Shown here: one piece after another, positions 38,449 to 47,279 of the stretch
Position numbering within the stretch: position 1 is the first letter of the stretch
How the letters are laid out: the number at the start of each line of letters is the position of its first letter
Source: Nitrosopumilus sp.
GTDB taxonomy: Archaea > Thermoproteota > Nitrososphaeria > Nitrososphaerales > Nitrosopumilaceae
Direction of reading: 5' to 3'
Length of the DNA: 64,000 bases
NCBI GenBank assembly: GCA_965207075.1
Contig: CBDBLO010000002.1
Span: forward strand, 1,600,001 to 1,664,000
Program-made: the position numbers and the translations under genes
Notes under the pieces: model-generated
What the model saw: only the letters and a program-made list of their open reading frames with translations
The model's database searches: none
What the model was told of the DNA's origin: nothing

Positions 38449-40524
38449 TCAGCGGCAGACTCTCTGCGAGGGATCGATTGTAAATGCGTCCCAGTGGCCC
38501 GCCGCAAACGGGTACGACGGGTCGTCGAACCTTTTCACCGTCAGTTCAGTGATGGTGCCGTCCGAATCCGTCGAGTATGAGTCAAGGTAGAACGGCCCGT
38601 TGCTCACCACCGGGTGCCCCCTGGCGTCTATCCACTGTATGGCCGCGTCGTACCGCTCGCTTGCGTACGCGGTTGTCCTGTCGATATACAGAAAGCCAGG
38701 CACGTGGGAGTCGTGGCTCGCGCCCTTGAGCGCGACCAGGTGGCCCCTTATCAGGGCGATGTCAGAGGCGTCAAGCATGTCAAGCCAGCTTACGCCATGG
38801 TCAGACGCCTCGGCCGAATCCCAGTAGGTCTGGTTGTTGCCAACCGCAGACTCCATGGCGGCGTACACCTCCCAAGGCAGCGCGCTCCACGTGGCCGCGG
38901 CGCCGGCAATCTCGGCCTCGTCAAAGTGCCAGTAGTCCAGATACACCTCGATCGTGTCCCGGCCCGCGTCTGGCACCCTCAGCCCCACCGGAATGCGCGG
39001 ATCGTCTTCCAGCTGGCTGTGCTCAATGGCGAACCATGCGGCAAAAAATATGTCATTCACGTCCATCGGCAGGCCGTGGTGCCACTTTGAGGGACGGAGG
39101 TCGATCACAACCTTGCTGGTGGCAGTCGCGTCAGGAGGCAGTTCGGCCCACGCACGATCCTCTGCGCTCCAGGCCATCGTACCTGGCTGTACTGCAAGCA
39201 CGCCGTCAGGCCCCGCAGTCTCCACCGAGGTCCAGACGTTCCTTGCAGGCACCAAGTCCGCAGTGTGCGGATTGCGCACCGCCCCCGGGTCGTTCAAAAG
39301 CGACCACACGACAAGGCTGTACGAGTCAGACAGCCCTCCGACCGGGTTCCAGGAGCCCTGCGCCACATGGAACACGCCTATGTCGAGGTTGGTGCCACCG
39401 CCCGGCAGCTGCGCGTTGATCGGCGTGAACCTGTTTACGATTCCAAAACCTTGGGCGTTTACCACGCCCGTGATGCCGTCCCTCACCGCGTACAGCACGT
39501 TCTCGGCGGCAAGAAAGATGCGGACGGACTCGCTGACGCCAAGCTCGGTCGCGCGCTTTACCAGAGACGCCCTCTCGTCCCGCGAGCCATACTCCATATT
39601 GTAGAGAGACTGCGTCAGCTCGTCAAGCTCCTCGTTCTCATAATTCCACAGGTGCTCCTCCAGACCGCCTGGAAGGTAGCCCCACCAAGGGGCGTAGAAT
39701 GTCGCAAGTATGGAATCGTCATATTTGATCGCCCCGGGACCGTCCCAGGCCTCCGTGTACAAGTGCCACGTCTGATCCGCGGGATCGGAGGCGTACACGG
39801 CGCTGAATGCAGCGGACAGATCCCCGTATACTGTATTCACTGCAAAGCCCGCCCCGTCAAGATCCGCCACGAGTCTCTCCCCTATCGACTTGCGCACCGC
39901 GTCGTCGTCTCTGACGAATACCGTTATCTCTATGGGCTCGCCCCCGTAGGTCCATCGGCCGTCGGAATCCCTTGAGGCTCCCGCCGGGACAAGGGCCTCT
40001 TCAAAGAGGCGGTCGGCCTCCCCTGGGTCGTACCGCAGTCCGAGGGCGGCCAGCGCGTCGTGCACCAGGCCGTAGTCTGGATGTCGCGGGGTTATGGCAG
40101 AGAAGAGTTTGGAGCCCGAGCCGGGCAGATCGTTTGCCGCTATTCCGTCCCTGTCTACCAGGTAGTTGATCGCGTATCTGGCCTCTTGCAGCGAGAACGG
40201 GTTGAAGCCATTTGTGTGATCGTCAGTGGGGTTTACATACATCGAGTAGACGATGCTGTCCATAGACTGCAGTACTCTGTGTCCAGCATCGCGCACCACC
40301 TGGGACTCGTCTTCAGATATAGGGAAATAGTACATGTCGATGTCCCCGGCTATCAGGTTGTCTACGGCCGCGGTTGGATCCTGCTTGATGAACGTCACGC
40401 TGTCCACGTATGCCCCCGCCGCCGAGGCGTCCTGCGGCACGATTGTGGCGGCAACGGCCATTGCGACGACCAGCACCATTGTGGAGACCAGCACCATGGA
40501 ATGATACTGCAGCAGCGTACTCAC
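38449..40524 (-). CDS. ABC transporter substrate-binding protein (family 5), copy 2
   Basis: Paralogue of 35817..37898 with the same motifs and an identical C-terminus. Confidence 0.88.
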   Translation of the reverse strand: MSTLLQYHSMVLVSTMVLVVAMAVAATIVPQDASAAGAYVDSVTFIKQDPTAAVDNLIAGDIDMYYFPISEDESQVVRDAGHRVLQSMDSIVYSMYVNPTDDHTNGFNPFSLQEARYAINYLVDRDGIAANDLPGSGSKLFSAITPRHPDYGLVHDALAALGLRYDPGEADRLFEEALVPAGASRDSDGRWTYGGEPIEITVFVRDDDAVRKSIGERLVADLDGAGFAVNTVYGDLSAAFSAVYASDPADQTWHLYTEAWDGPGAIKYDDSILATFYAPWWGYLPGGLEEHLWNYENEELDELTQSLYNMEYGSRDERASLVKRATELGVSESVRIFLAAENVLYAVRDGITGVVNAQGFGIVNRFTPINAQLPGGGTNLDIGVFHVAQGSWNPVGGLSDSYSLVVWSLLNDPGAVRNPHTADLVPARNVWTSVETAGPDGVLAVQPGTMAWSAEDRAWAELPPDATATSKVVIDLRPSKWHHGLPMDVNDIFFAAWFAIEHSQLEDDPRIPVGLRVPDAGRDTIEVYLDYWHFDEAEIAGAAATWSALPWEVYAAMESAVGNNQTYWDSAEASDHGVSWLDMLDASDIALIRGHLVALKGASHDSHVPGFLYIDRTTAYASERYDAAIQWIDARGHPVVSNGPFYLDSYSTDSDGTITELTVKRFDDPSYPFAAGHWDAFTIDPSQRVCR

Positions 40525-40713
40525 GGAGTAGGTGAGGGTGCCAGATTTAAAAAGCATTCAGAATACGGCAGGAGTCCGCCGCGCGATGCATGACTCGTGC
40601 CCAGTATCTTCTGGCAGATGGGTGATGTCGGCCTGATTCGCGGGCGGGCAGAGCCTGCAAGCCCCGAACAGACGAGCAAAAGACAAAAAAGCGGCGTATT
40701 TTCAAGCCAGAAC

Positions 40714-40804
40714 GGACCGGTCGTCTAGCCTGGTTTGGATGACGCACTCACACTGCGTAAGGCACAGCCCGCAAAGGTCGTGGGTCCGAATCCCACCCGG
40801 TCCA
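40714..40804 (+). tRNA. tRNA-Val(CAC) with a 16-nt intron at position 44/45 (40760-40775)
   Basis: Acceptor GGACCGG/CCGGTCC+A, anticodon arm ACGCA-CTCACAC-TGCGT, T arm GTGGG-TCCGAAT-CCCAC; BHB motif TGCG-TAA-GGC-ACA-GCC-CGCA-AAG. Confidence 0.9.
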
Positions 40805-40812
40805 TTTCCACT

Positions 40813-41270
40813 CTAGCTTTGAACCACTGTTTCCGATGATGTTACGTTACGATCGTTGGCGATGATATTGCAGGATGTAGGAGGCTCCACTATGATACGG
40901 CCGTCAGGCAGAGAGGCGACAAACCGGCACCCACGTGCCAGCACATGCTCGACCTCATCGCACGAGGCTACGAGCTGATTGCAGCCAGGCCTATCTTGCC
41001 GGCACCCGCCTTGCGAAACGCCTCTAGCGTCAGGTCCAGCTGCTCTGGCGTAGCTTTCTGAATCGTGTCGTACATTGCCTGCCTCTACTCCAGTACCGCA
41101 TCTTTTGGCGTGTTGGCCTCGAGGTCGAGGAGCTCTTCGGATCGCGTAAACGACTCGCGCATCTCCTGCAACAAAATCCCAGGTAGAATGCCTTTGTTTG
41201 TGCCCAGCGCAGTCGTGTCCGTCTAAAGATATGCAAAATGCAGGTTTGCCACTTCCGAACACCATGAGGC
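40813..41270 (-). pseudogene. Probable C-terminal remnant of an archaeal tyrosine integrase
   Basis: One frame reads TNKGILPGILLQEMRESFTRSEELLDLE..* (stop at 41085-41087), another reads QLVASCDEVEHVLARGCRFVASLPDGRIIV; both recall archaeal integrase C-termini, and the locus abuts a tRNA 3' end. Confidence 0.5.
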
Positions 41271-41500
41271 ACTGAAGAACCTGACGCATGCGGCGTCCGA
41301 ATATTTTAGGACGTGCTCAATCAGGCCCGACATCTACAAATTTCTGTACCGCTGCATATGAGGCGAAATTTCAATAAGCGGCACTCTAGTCGGACTTGCA
41401 GAACCTGTTACGTCTGCATGAAAATCAGATGGGGGCGGACTGCCAACACGGATGCAAAACAGACACCAAGCCGCACCCGATTTTACAGGCAAGGTTCCAG

Positions 41501-42490
41501 CTACTCTATGACCTCGATCAATTCCTTCAGTTTGCGTCTTGACTTTGGCGGTCTCTTCCTGTCTGGGTATCCGATGCAGAGAATCGAAGACGGCCTTAGT
41601 TTTGTCCCAAGGATCGACTTTATCTTCTCCTCGTCGATCATGCCGATCCAGATTGAGCTCAGTCCCAGGCCCGCCGCAGCGATCAGCGCATGTGATGCTG
41701 CAAGCGTTGCATCCTGAACGGAGAACTTTTCCAGTATGTTTTCAGGGAACTTTAGCTTGACCCGTGACGGATCCATGCAGAACACAAGCACTACCGGGGC
41801 GTTGACATACGGCTGCTTGTTGGCAGCCTCCACAAGAGCCTCCTTTGTCCTGTCATTTTTTACATAAAATATCTTCAGGCCTTGAAAGTTTCCCGCGGTG
41901 GGTGCAGTATCTGCTGCTGCCAGTATCTTGTCAATCTTCCAGTCTTCCACCTTGGTTTTTGCAAACTTTCTCGTGGATCGTCGCGTTGCAAATATCCTAA
42001 AGACATCAGACTCTGGGAGCTGCAGTCCTGTTTTTGTGGGTTCGGAGTGGAGTATGGCGTGCACAAGAGACTGCCGGGTTGCCTGTCCTTCGTGGCTGCT
42101 GTCAGACGGATGTGCCTCTTTTTTCTCCCTGTCTTCCCTTATCCAGACTGAGGGGTAGAATTGTTTTGAGCTGGCGTAAATGTACTGCGGCTCATGCGGT
42201 ATCTTGGCATATTCAAGCACTTGTCTTTGGAGCTCAAAAGTGTCTGCTTCAAGCAACTCATGTCCCTGCAAGGAAAATTGGGTGACGTCTGAATTCACAA
42301 GGATCGTGCTGGTTTGATCCTCCAAGATTACCGTCCCCGTCGAATCCCTCTGCAAAATATCAATGAGGGAATCTAACTCATCCTTGTTGAGGATGACAGT
42401 ATCAGAGTCGTCTTCGTCAATGCCACGCCATACAAGCCTGCACCCGTGTTTTGAAGTGTAGGCCGGCTCTACTTTGCTAAATTTCATCAT
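41501..42490 (-). CDS. Nitroreductase-family protein with N-terminal extension
   Basis: RRSTRKF, APTAGNFQ, QDATLA..AAAGLGLSSIWIG, IGYP. Confidence 0.88.
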   Translation of the reverse strand: MMKFSKVEPAYTSKHGCRLVWRGIDEDDSDTVILNKDELDSLIDILQRDSTGTVILEDQTSTILVNSDVTQFSLQGHELLEADTFELQRQVLEYAKIPHEPQYIYASSKQFYPSVWIREDREKKEAHPSDSSHEGQATRQSLVHAILHSEPTKTGLQLPESDVFRIFATRRSTRKFAKTKVEDWKIDKILAAADTAPTAGNFQGLKIFYVKNDRTKEALVEAANKQPYVNAPVVLVFCMDPSRVKLKFPENILEKFSVQDATLAASHALIAAAGLGLSSIWIGMIDEEKIKSILGTKLRPSSILCIGYPDRKRPPKSRRKLKELIEVIE

Positions 42491-42524
42491 GTCCTTTTCT
42501 CCCACCAATAGGATAAAAAAGGTG

Positions 42525-42720
42525 GGATGTGGGCCGGAGGCCCCTGATGGCCGCGTTGAACGGTCTGCCGATATACCGGCTTCCGCGGTCGATCCGTACG
42601 GTCAGCCGCGCCGGATTCGCACCGCCGTGACGGCCCAGCGCGTCCAGCAGCGCCTCGATGGCCGCCCACGCGGTGGCGCCAGTACTGGGCACATAGCCCA
42701 GCCATTAGGGCGCTCTCAAT
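42525..42720 (-). pseudogene. Fragment of an rve/DDE integrase-core transposase
   Basis: AIEALLDAL..RLTVRIDRGSRYIGRPFNAAIRGL resembles the 'D.GSQY.S..F' motif; no full ORF; GC-richer than its flanks. Confidence 0.55.
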
Positions 42721-42911
42721 TTGAAAGGGTCCGCCCCATACACCACGTATCGCCATAAACAAAAAAATGACAGAGATGTTGTACGCGTCCCGATTCGCTT
42801 TCTGCCGCCGTTTGTGAGAAGTGTCCAAACCCACTGCGGATCGGGACAACGCAGGCAAGGCACGCCTGAAAAGAACCAACAAGATCATGGTTTAAATACA
42901 TATGAAAAAGG

Positions 42912-43601
42912 GTGCCCGCGTTGGAGTACGAGATAGTAAAGAACCCGGTGGGACTGGTCGAGTTTACGCTGAACCGCGGGGAGGCAATTACCGCAGAGGC
43001 AGGCGCGATGGCGTTTATCCAGGGACCGGTGCGCACCGAGACTAGGATGCGAAAGGGAGGCCTCTTCAAGTCGCTAAAGGCGGCCGCGTTTGGTGGCGAG
43101 TCCTTCTTTGTAAACGAGTTCATCGCCGAGGAGGACGGCTGCAGGCTGGGCCTGACAGGTAACATGCTGGGTGACATCACGGTGATCGACGTGGACCAGG
43201 AGTTTATCGTCCAATCGGGATCATTTGTCTGCTCAACCACCGATCTGACACTGGATACAAAGTGGCAGGGGTTCAGCAAGGGGATCTTTGGAAGCAACCT
43301 CTTCATGCTCAAAACGGTGGGAACCGGGAAGATGTTCGTCAACGCGTGGGGCGGAATAATCGCCAAAAAGCTAGAGCGCGGGGAGAGGATGATTCTGGAC
43401 AACTACCAGCTGGTGGCGCTGACCACTACGGCCGAATACCGTGTGACGAAGCACGGCAGCCTGAAGACGTCGCTGTTCGGGGGTGAGGCCCTTGTCCTTG
43501 AGATCATGGGCCCGGGCACGGTCTACATCCAGACTAAGAATGTGATGGAGTTTGCAAGGGCGCTGATTCCGTTTCTTCCAAAGCGCGGCCTGGGCAACTG
43601 A
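42912..43601 (+). CDS. TIGR00266/AIM24 family protein
   Basis: AEAGAM, GGESFFVNEF, LFGGE.LV..GPGTVYIQT; TTTAAATA box upstream. Confidence 0.9.
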   Translation: MPALEYEIVKNPVGLVEFTLNRGEAITAEAGAMAFIQGPVRTETRMRKGGLFKSLKAAAFGGESFFVNEFIAEEDGCRLGLTGNMLGDITVIDVDQEFIVQSGSFVCSTTDLTLDTKWQGFSKGIFGSNLFMLKTVGTGKMFVNAWGGIIAKKLERGERMILDNYQLVALTTTAEYRVTKHGSLKTSLFGGEALVLEIMGPGTVYIQTKNVMEFARALIPFLPKRGLGN

Positions 43602-43753
43602 CTCGATCCTGCAGGCCGCCGACCATAGACAAGACCTCAAGCTCGGGACGACGCCAGAGGGCGCCATTTTCCCCCCCCCCCTCCCTCTCCCTCTCCTTCC
43701 CCCACAACCCCACCTGTTCACCTTCCTGAGGTATCCGGGCATGCCGGCGCCTG

Positions 43754-45220
43754 CTACCTGTGCCTCTTTCCGTGAAACATGAGGTGCGAGACGGCCATGG
43801 TGGCAGCGGCGAGAATAGCGCCGGCAAAGTTGCGCGCCACTATCACCTCGCTTGGCAGCGCCGCTATGATCGGTGAGCCAAGCGCAACGTGGGCGTTGTC
43901 GACAAGCCAGAATGCGACTGCCGCCGCGGACAGTACGCCGGCAATCAGGTATCCCAGCCGCGTCCCCGCAACGACCATAGCCGCCGCGGCCACAATGGCG
44001 GCAAGCCACAGTGCCGAGCCCGACAGCCAGAGAGGATGGTACGCGTCGGCCCTGCCGTCCAGCCAATAGTAGGAAGTTCCAATCGCCCCAAGCATAACCA
44101 GCATGGCCAGAACCGCGGCACGGCCAGCCCCCTGACCGCCGCCCCCGGTTTCCACTGCCCCCTTCTCTTGTGTTCCCCCTGCGGCGGCAAGCCTCCGAGT
44201 CTCCCCGATGGCAATATCGATGGACTCGCGCACGGGCTTGGGCCGGATCTTGATTATGTCAGACATCGAGTCGTCCGTAACCACCGTATCGTGCACAAGG
44301 CTGTCTATGAGTGGCCTGGCAAGCGACGCCCGGACGGGGGTCACCAGGTCCACCCAGTACGACGAGAGCCGCGTCGTCAGGAAGGGTATCTGCAGTATGA
44401 ACAATCTTCTGCCAAGTCGCCCGGCATACATCCTCATGAGGTCCTCGTAGGTGACCCTGTCGGGGCCTCCGATCTCAAGAATCCTTCCGACGGTGGCATC
44501 GGCCGTCAGGCACCTTGCCAGGTACTCTATTACGTCTCCCACTGCAATGGGCTGGGCCATGGACTTTACCCACGAGGGGCAGACCATCACGCTCAGCCGC
44601 TCCACAAGGTACTGCAGCATCTCGTACGAGCTTCCGCGGGCGCCGATTATCAGGGAGGCCCTGAGCTCCGTCACCGGGATGCCGCCTGAGGCCAGCGCCT
44701 CCCCGACCTCCTTTCTGCTCCTCATGTGGGGCGAGAGGTGGCGGCCCGCGTCGTGAAGCCCGCCAAGATAGATGATCCTCTTCACGCCCGCCCGCGTTGC
44801 GGCCCCAAGAAAGTTTCTGGCCTGGAGCATCTCCCGCTCTGCAAACTTCTGCCATGTGCCGCTTCCGCCCTCCATCGAATGTATCAGGTAGTACGCGACA
44901 TCCACGCCGCGCATGGCCCTCCCGAGCCCCTCGGGATCAAACGCGTCGGCCTGGACATATCGCACGTTTTTGGAGGGGCCGGCGCCCTGCCCGCCCGTCC
45001 GCCTCCGGCTCATTCCTACTACGTCAAACCCGTCTGAGGCCAGCCGCGGGATCAGCCTCGAGCCGATGAACCCAGTCGCGCCGGTAACCAGAACCGTGGG
45101 CGACGCGGCGCGGTGCGAGTCCGCGTCGTGCCTCTGCAGTTGCCGCGCGCCCCGCCTTTTCATATCGTCCTGTCCCTCGGCGCGCGCCGCACCGGGTGAC
45201 GCGTCTGGCGCATACTCCAT
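43754..45220 (-). CDS. NAD(P)-dependent SDR/epimerase (YbjT-like) with C-terminal TM helices
   Basis: VLVTGATGFIG, AYYLIHSM, IIYLGG, QPIAV.DV; hydrophobic C-terminus. Confidence 0.85.
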   Translation of the reverse strand: MEYAPDASPGAARAEGQDDMKRRGARQLQRHDADSHRAASPTVLVTGATGFIGSRLIPRLASDGFDVVGMSRRRTGGQGAGPSKNVRYVQADAFDPEGLGRAMRGVDVAYYLIHSMEGGSGTWQKFAEREMLQARNFLGAATRAGVKRIIYLGGLHDAGRHLSPHMRSRKEVGEALASGGIPVTELRASLIIGARGSSYEMLQYLVERLSVMVCPSWVKSMAQPIAVGDVIEYLARCLTADATVGRILEIGGPDRVTYEDLMRMYAGRLGRRLFILQIPFLTTRLSSYWVDLVTPVRASLARPLIDSLVHDTVVTDDSMSDIIKIRPKPVRESIDIAIGETRRLAAAGGTQEKGAVETGGGGQGAGRAAVLAMLVMLGAIGTSYYWLDGRADAYHPLWLSGSALWLAAIVAAAAMVVAGTRLGYLIAGVLSAAAVAFWLVDNAHVALGSPIIAALPSEVIVARNFAGAILAAATMAVSHLMFHGKRHR

Positions 45221-45455
45221 CTTACGCACGGGGCGTGGAACCTCCGTATTTAATGCAATAATGCGGCAGCGGCATCCGGCCGTGTTGCATTTGTCCCCCC
45301 TCCCACCCCAAGCGGCACGAAGCCGCTTTCCGCACCGAACCCGCAGCAGACATCTTGCGCGCTCCACTTCAGATAACTCGCAAGAGGCGCCGCCGCAGAC
45401 CCGAGAAAGGGCCGCCGCCTGCCCTTGGGCCGCCCTGCAAAAACCGCAGCGGCCG

Positions 45456-47279
45456 CTAGCCCCCTCCGGATGCTGCCCTCTTCTGAATTCTGGCGTTGTT
45501 CGGATCAAGGTCGGGCCAGACAACGTCGTAGCCCATGCAGGACAAGAGCTCGGCGTGGCACTCCTCCGGGATTTTGGCGCCTGCCAGTATGCGGCACGCG
45601 TCCACAAACCCTTCGGGGCCGCCGTCAACCGCCTCTGACATCTCGGATACCTTTGCCGCCGATACCATAAACGGGCCCGCCCGGACGTACCTCCCGGGCG
45701 CGGACGCCTCGAACATGCCGGGCACGGCGCCCTCCGGCACCTTACGCCTGACTGCAACGTCCCGTATCGCAATCACGTCGGCGCCGACATCACCCGGCGA
45801 GAGCCGCGCGCCGGAGGCCGCCTCGCGCTCCAGCTCGGCGTCAATCTCGCCCAGGTGGTCCAGTATGGGCTTTACCGATATGTCCCTGCCGAACATAAAG
45901 ACGCCCGGCAGCCCGGCAACCTCCGAGGCCTGCGAGCACAGGAGCGAGGAGTCGATTCCCACAAGCATGTCGATGCCGCCACCGCCGCCGGCCCCCGGGC
46001 CTGCCCCGGGCCGGCCCCTGCCGGCGGTGGTGGCGGGCTCAACCAGCAGCATGTCGCGCAGCTTTGCGAACTTTCGGCGGATATAGTCGGGGGTCCAGAA
46101 CCCGACGATCTCAAGGTATACGCGCCGCCCAAGCCGCTCAAACACAAAGTCCGGCAGCATGGCCTTGTTTCCGGATATGAGCGGCCCGGGCTCCCGCGTC
46201 ATGCGCCATCCGAGCGGGTCGCCGCGCCCCAGATGCGCGTACAGGATGTCGGCAAACTTTTGCTCGACTGCGCTGTCGTACTGCTGCGGGTCCGCGTCGG
46301 TTCCATGCCGAGGCCCGTACTCGGTTCCCCTCAGGTGGGCATGCGCGGAGTCGCTTGCCATCTCAAATCTGTACAGTTTCACTCCGCCCGGCGTCTTTCT
46401 TGAGATTGTGGCGTCAATCCACCACGACGGGGTGCGGGTTATCACCGGAAGCAGGCGCGCAAAGGCGGTGCCGTACTTGGTGGTCATCTTGAAGACGCTG
46501 AGAGGCCCCTCAAGTATGCAGCGCAACGGGACCTCGCCTTCCTTGCTGCTGCTGCTGCCGCCGCCGTCCTTCCTCTTGCCCGCGCTGTCGCCTGCCTCCA
46601 GCACGTACATGAGCCCGCGCGCCTTTACCGCCCTCAGTATCTCCTTCCAGTACGGGCCCTCGCTGACGTAAAACTCCATCCTGGCGCAGCCAAACAGCAG
46701 GGTCTGAGCAAGCGACATGTTGTACCACAGCAGCAGGTCCCCGACGGAGATTGCATCAAAGCGCTCCAGCGCCTGGTTCTCCTCCAGGTCGGCCCACATG
46801 ACGCGCGGGACGTCGGGCGGCCGGATGCCGCACGCGTCGGCCGCCCTTCTCATTATCGCGTCCCTCTTTGCAGCGGACGTGGCAAGCCCCGCCGCGGACG
46901 ACTCGGCGAAGAGGGCGCGCCTCACGTCGTACGGGTCGAGCCCCGGCGGGCAGGACTCCGGCCTCTGCGTCGCAAACGAGGACCTGCGCTCAAGCAGCGT
47001 GCGGAGACCCCTGACGAGCTTGTAGTCATAGTCGGGCTCCATGTCAGATATCGTGCGGTGCAGCTGGCCCCGGCTCGTGCCGCTTGCAGACGCGTCTTCG
47101 AACTTTGAGATGAGTTCGGAGGCAAGCTCGCGCTCGGTGTCGGCGGCGGCAGCCGCGCCGCCCTTGGAGGCTCCGTCGCCGCCTCCCCCTGCCCCCGTAT
47201 CGGAACCGCCCACGCTGCAGAACATGGGGTATATCCTGCCCCTGCTCGTGCGGGCGCGCAGCAGCTCAGACGGCAGCAT
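45456..47279 (-). CDS. bax1: DUF790/Bax1 endonuclease
   Basis: MLPSELL, YKLVRGL, YNMSLAQTLLF, GPLSVF..T.KYG, DSAVE..REP..PDF..EIVGFWTPDY. Confidence 0.88.
   Translation of the reverse strand: MLPSELLRARTSRGRIYPMFCSVGGSDTGAGGGGDGASKGGAAAAADTERELASELISKFEDASASGTSRGQLHRTISDMEPDYDYKLVRGLRTLLERRSSFATQRPESCPPGLDPYDVRRALFAESSAAGLATSAAKRDAIMRRAADACGIRPPDVPRVMWADLEENQALERFDAISVGDLLLWYNMSLAQTLLFGCARMEFYVSEGPYWKEILRAVKARGLMYVLEAGDSAGKRKDGGGSSSSKEGEVPLRCILEGPLSVFKMTTKYGTAFARLLPVITRTPSWWIDATISRKTPGGVKLYRFEMASDSAHAHLRGTEYGPRHGTDADPQQYDSAVEQKFADILYAHLGRGDPLGWRMTREPGPLISGNKAMLPDFVFERLGRRVYLEIVGFWTPDYIRRKFAKLRDMLLVEPATTAGRGRPGAGPGAGGGGGIDMLVGIDSSLLCSQASEVAGLPGVFMFGRDISVKPILDHLGEIDAELEREAASGARLSPGDVGADVIAIRDVAVRRKVPEGAVPGMFEASAPGRYVRAGPFMVSAAKVSEMSEAVDGGPEGFVDACRILAGAKIPEECHAELLSCMGYDVVWPDLDPNNARIQKRAASGGG

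Larger units (their letters stand above)
35634..40804. repeat. Tandem segmental duplication, units ~35634-38160 and 38266-~40800 (offset 2632 bp)
   Basis: Each unit carries the rpl40e 3' end, an SBP gene and a tRNA-Val-like sequence; the first ~400 bp appear identical and the rest has diverged. Confidence 0.93.
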
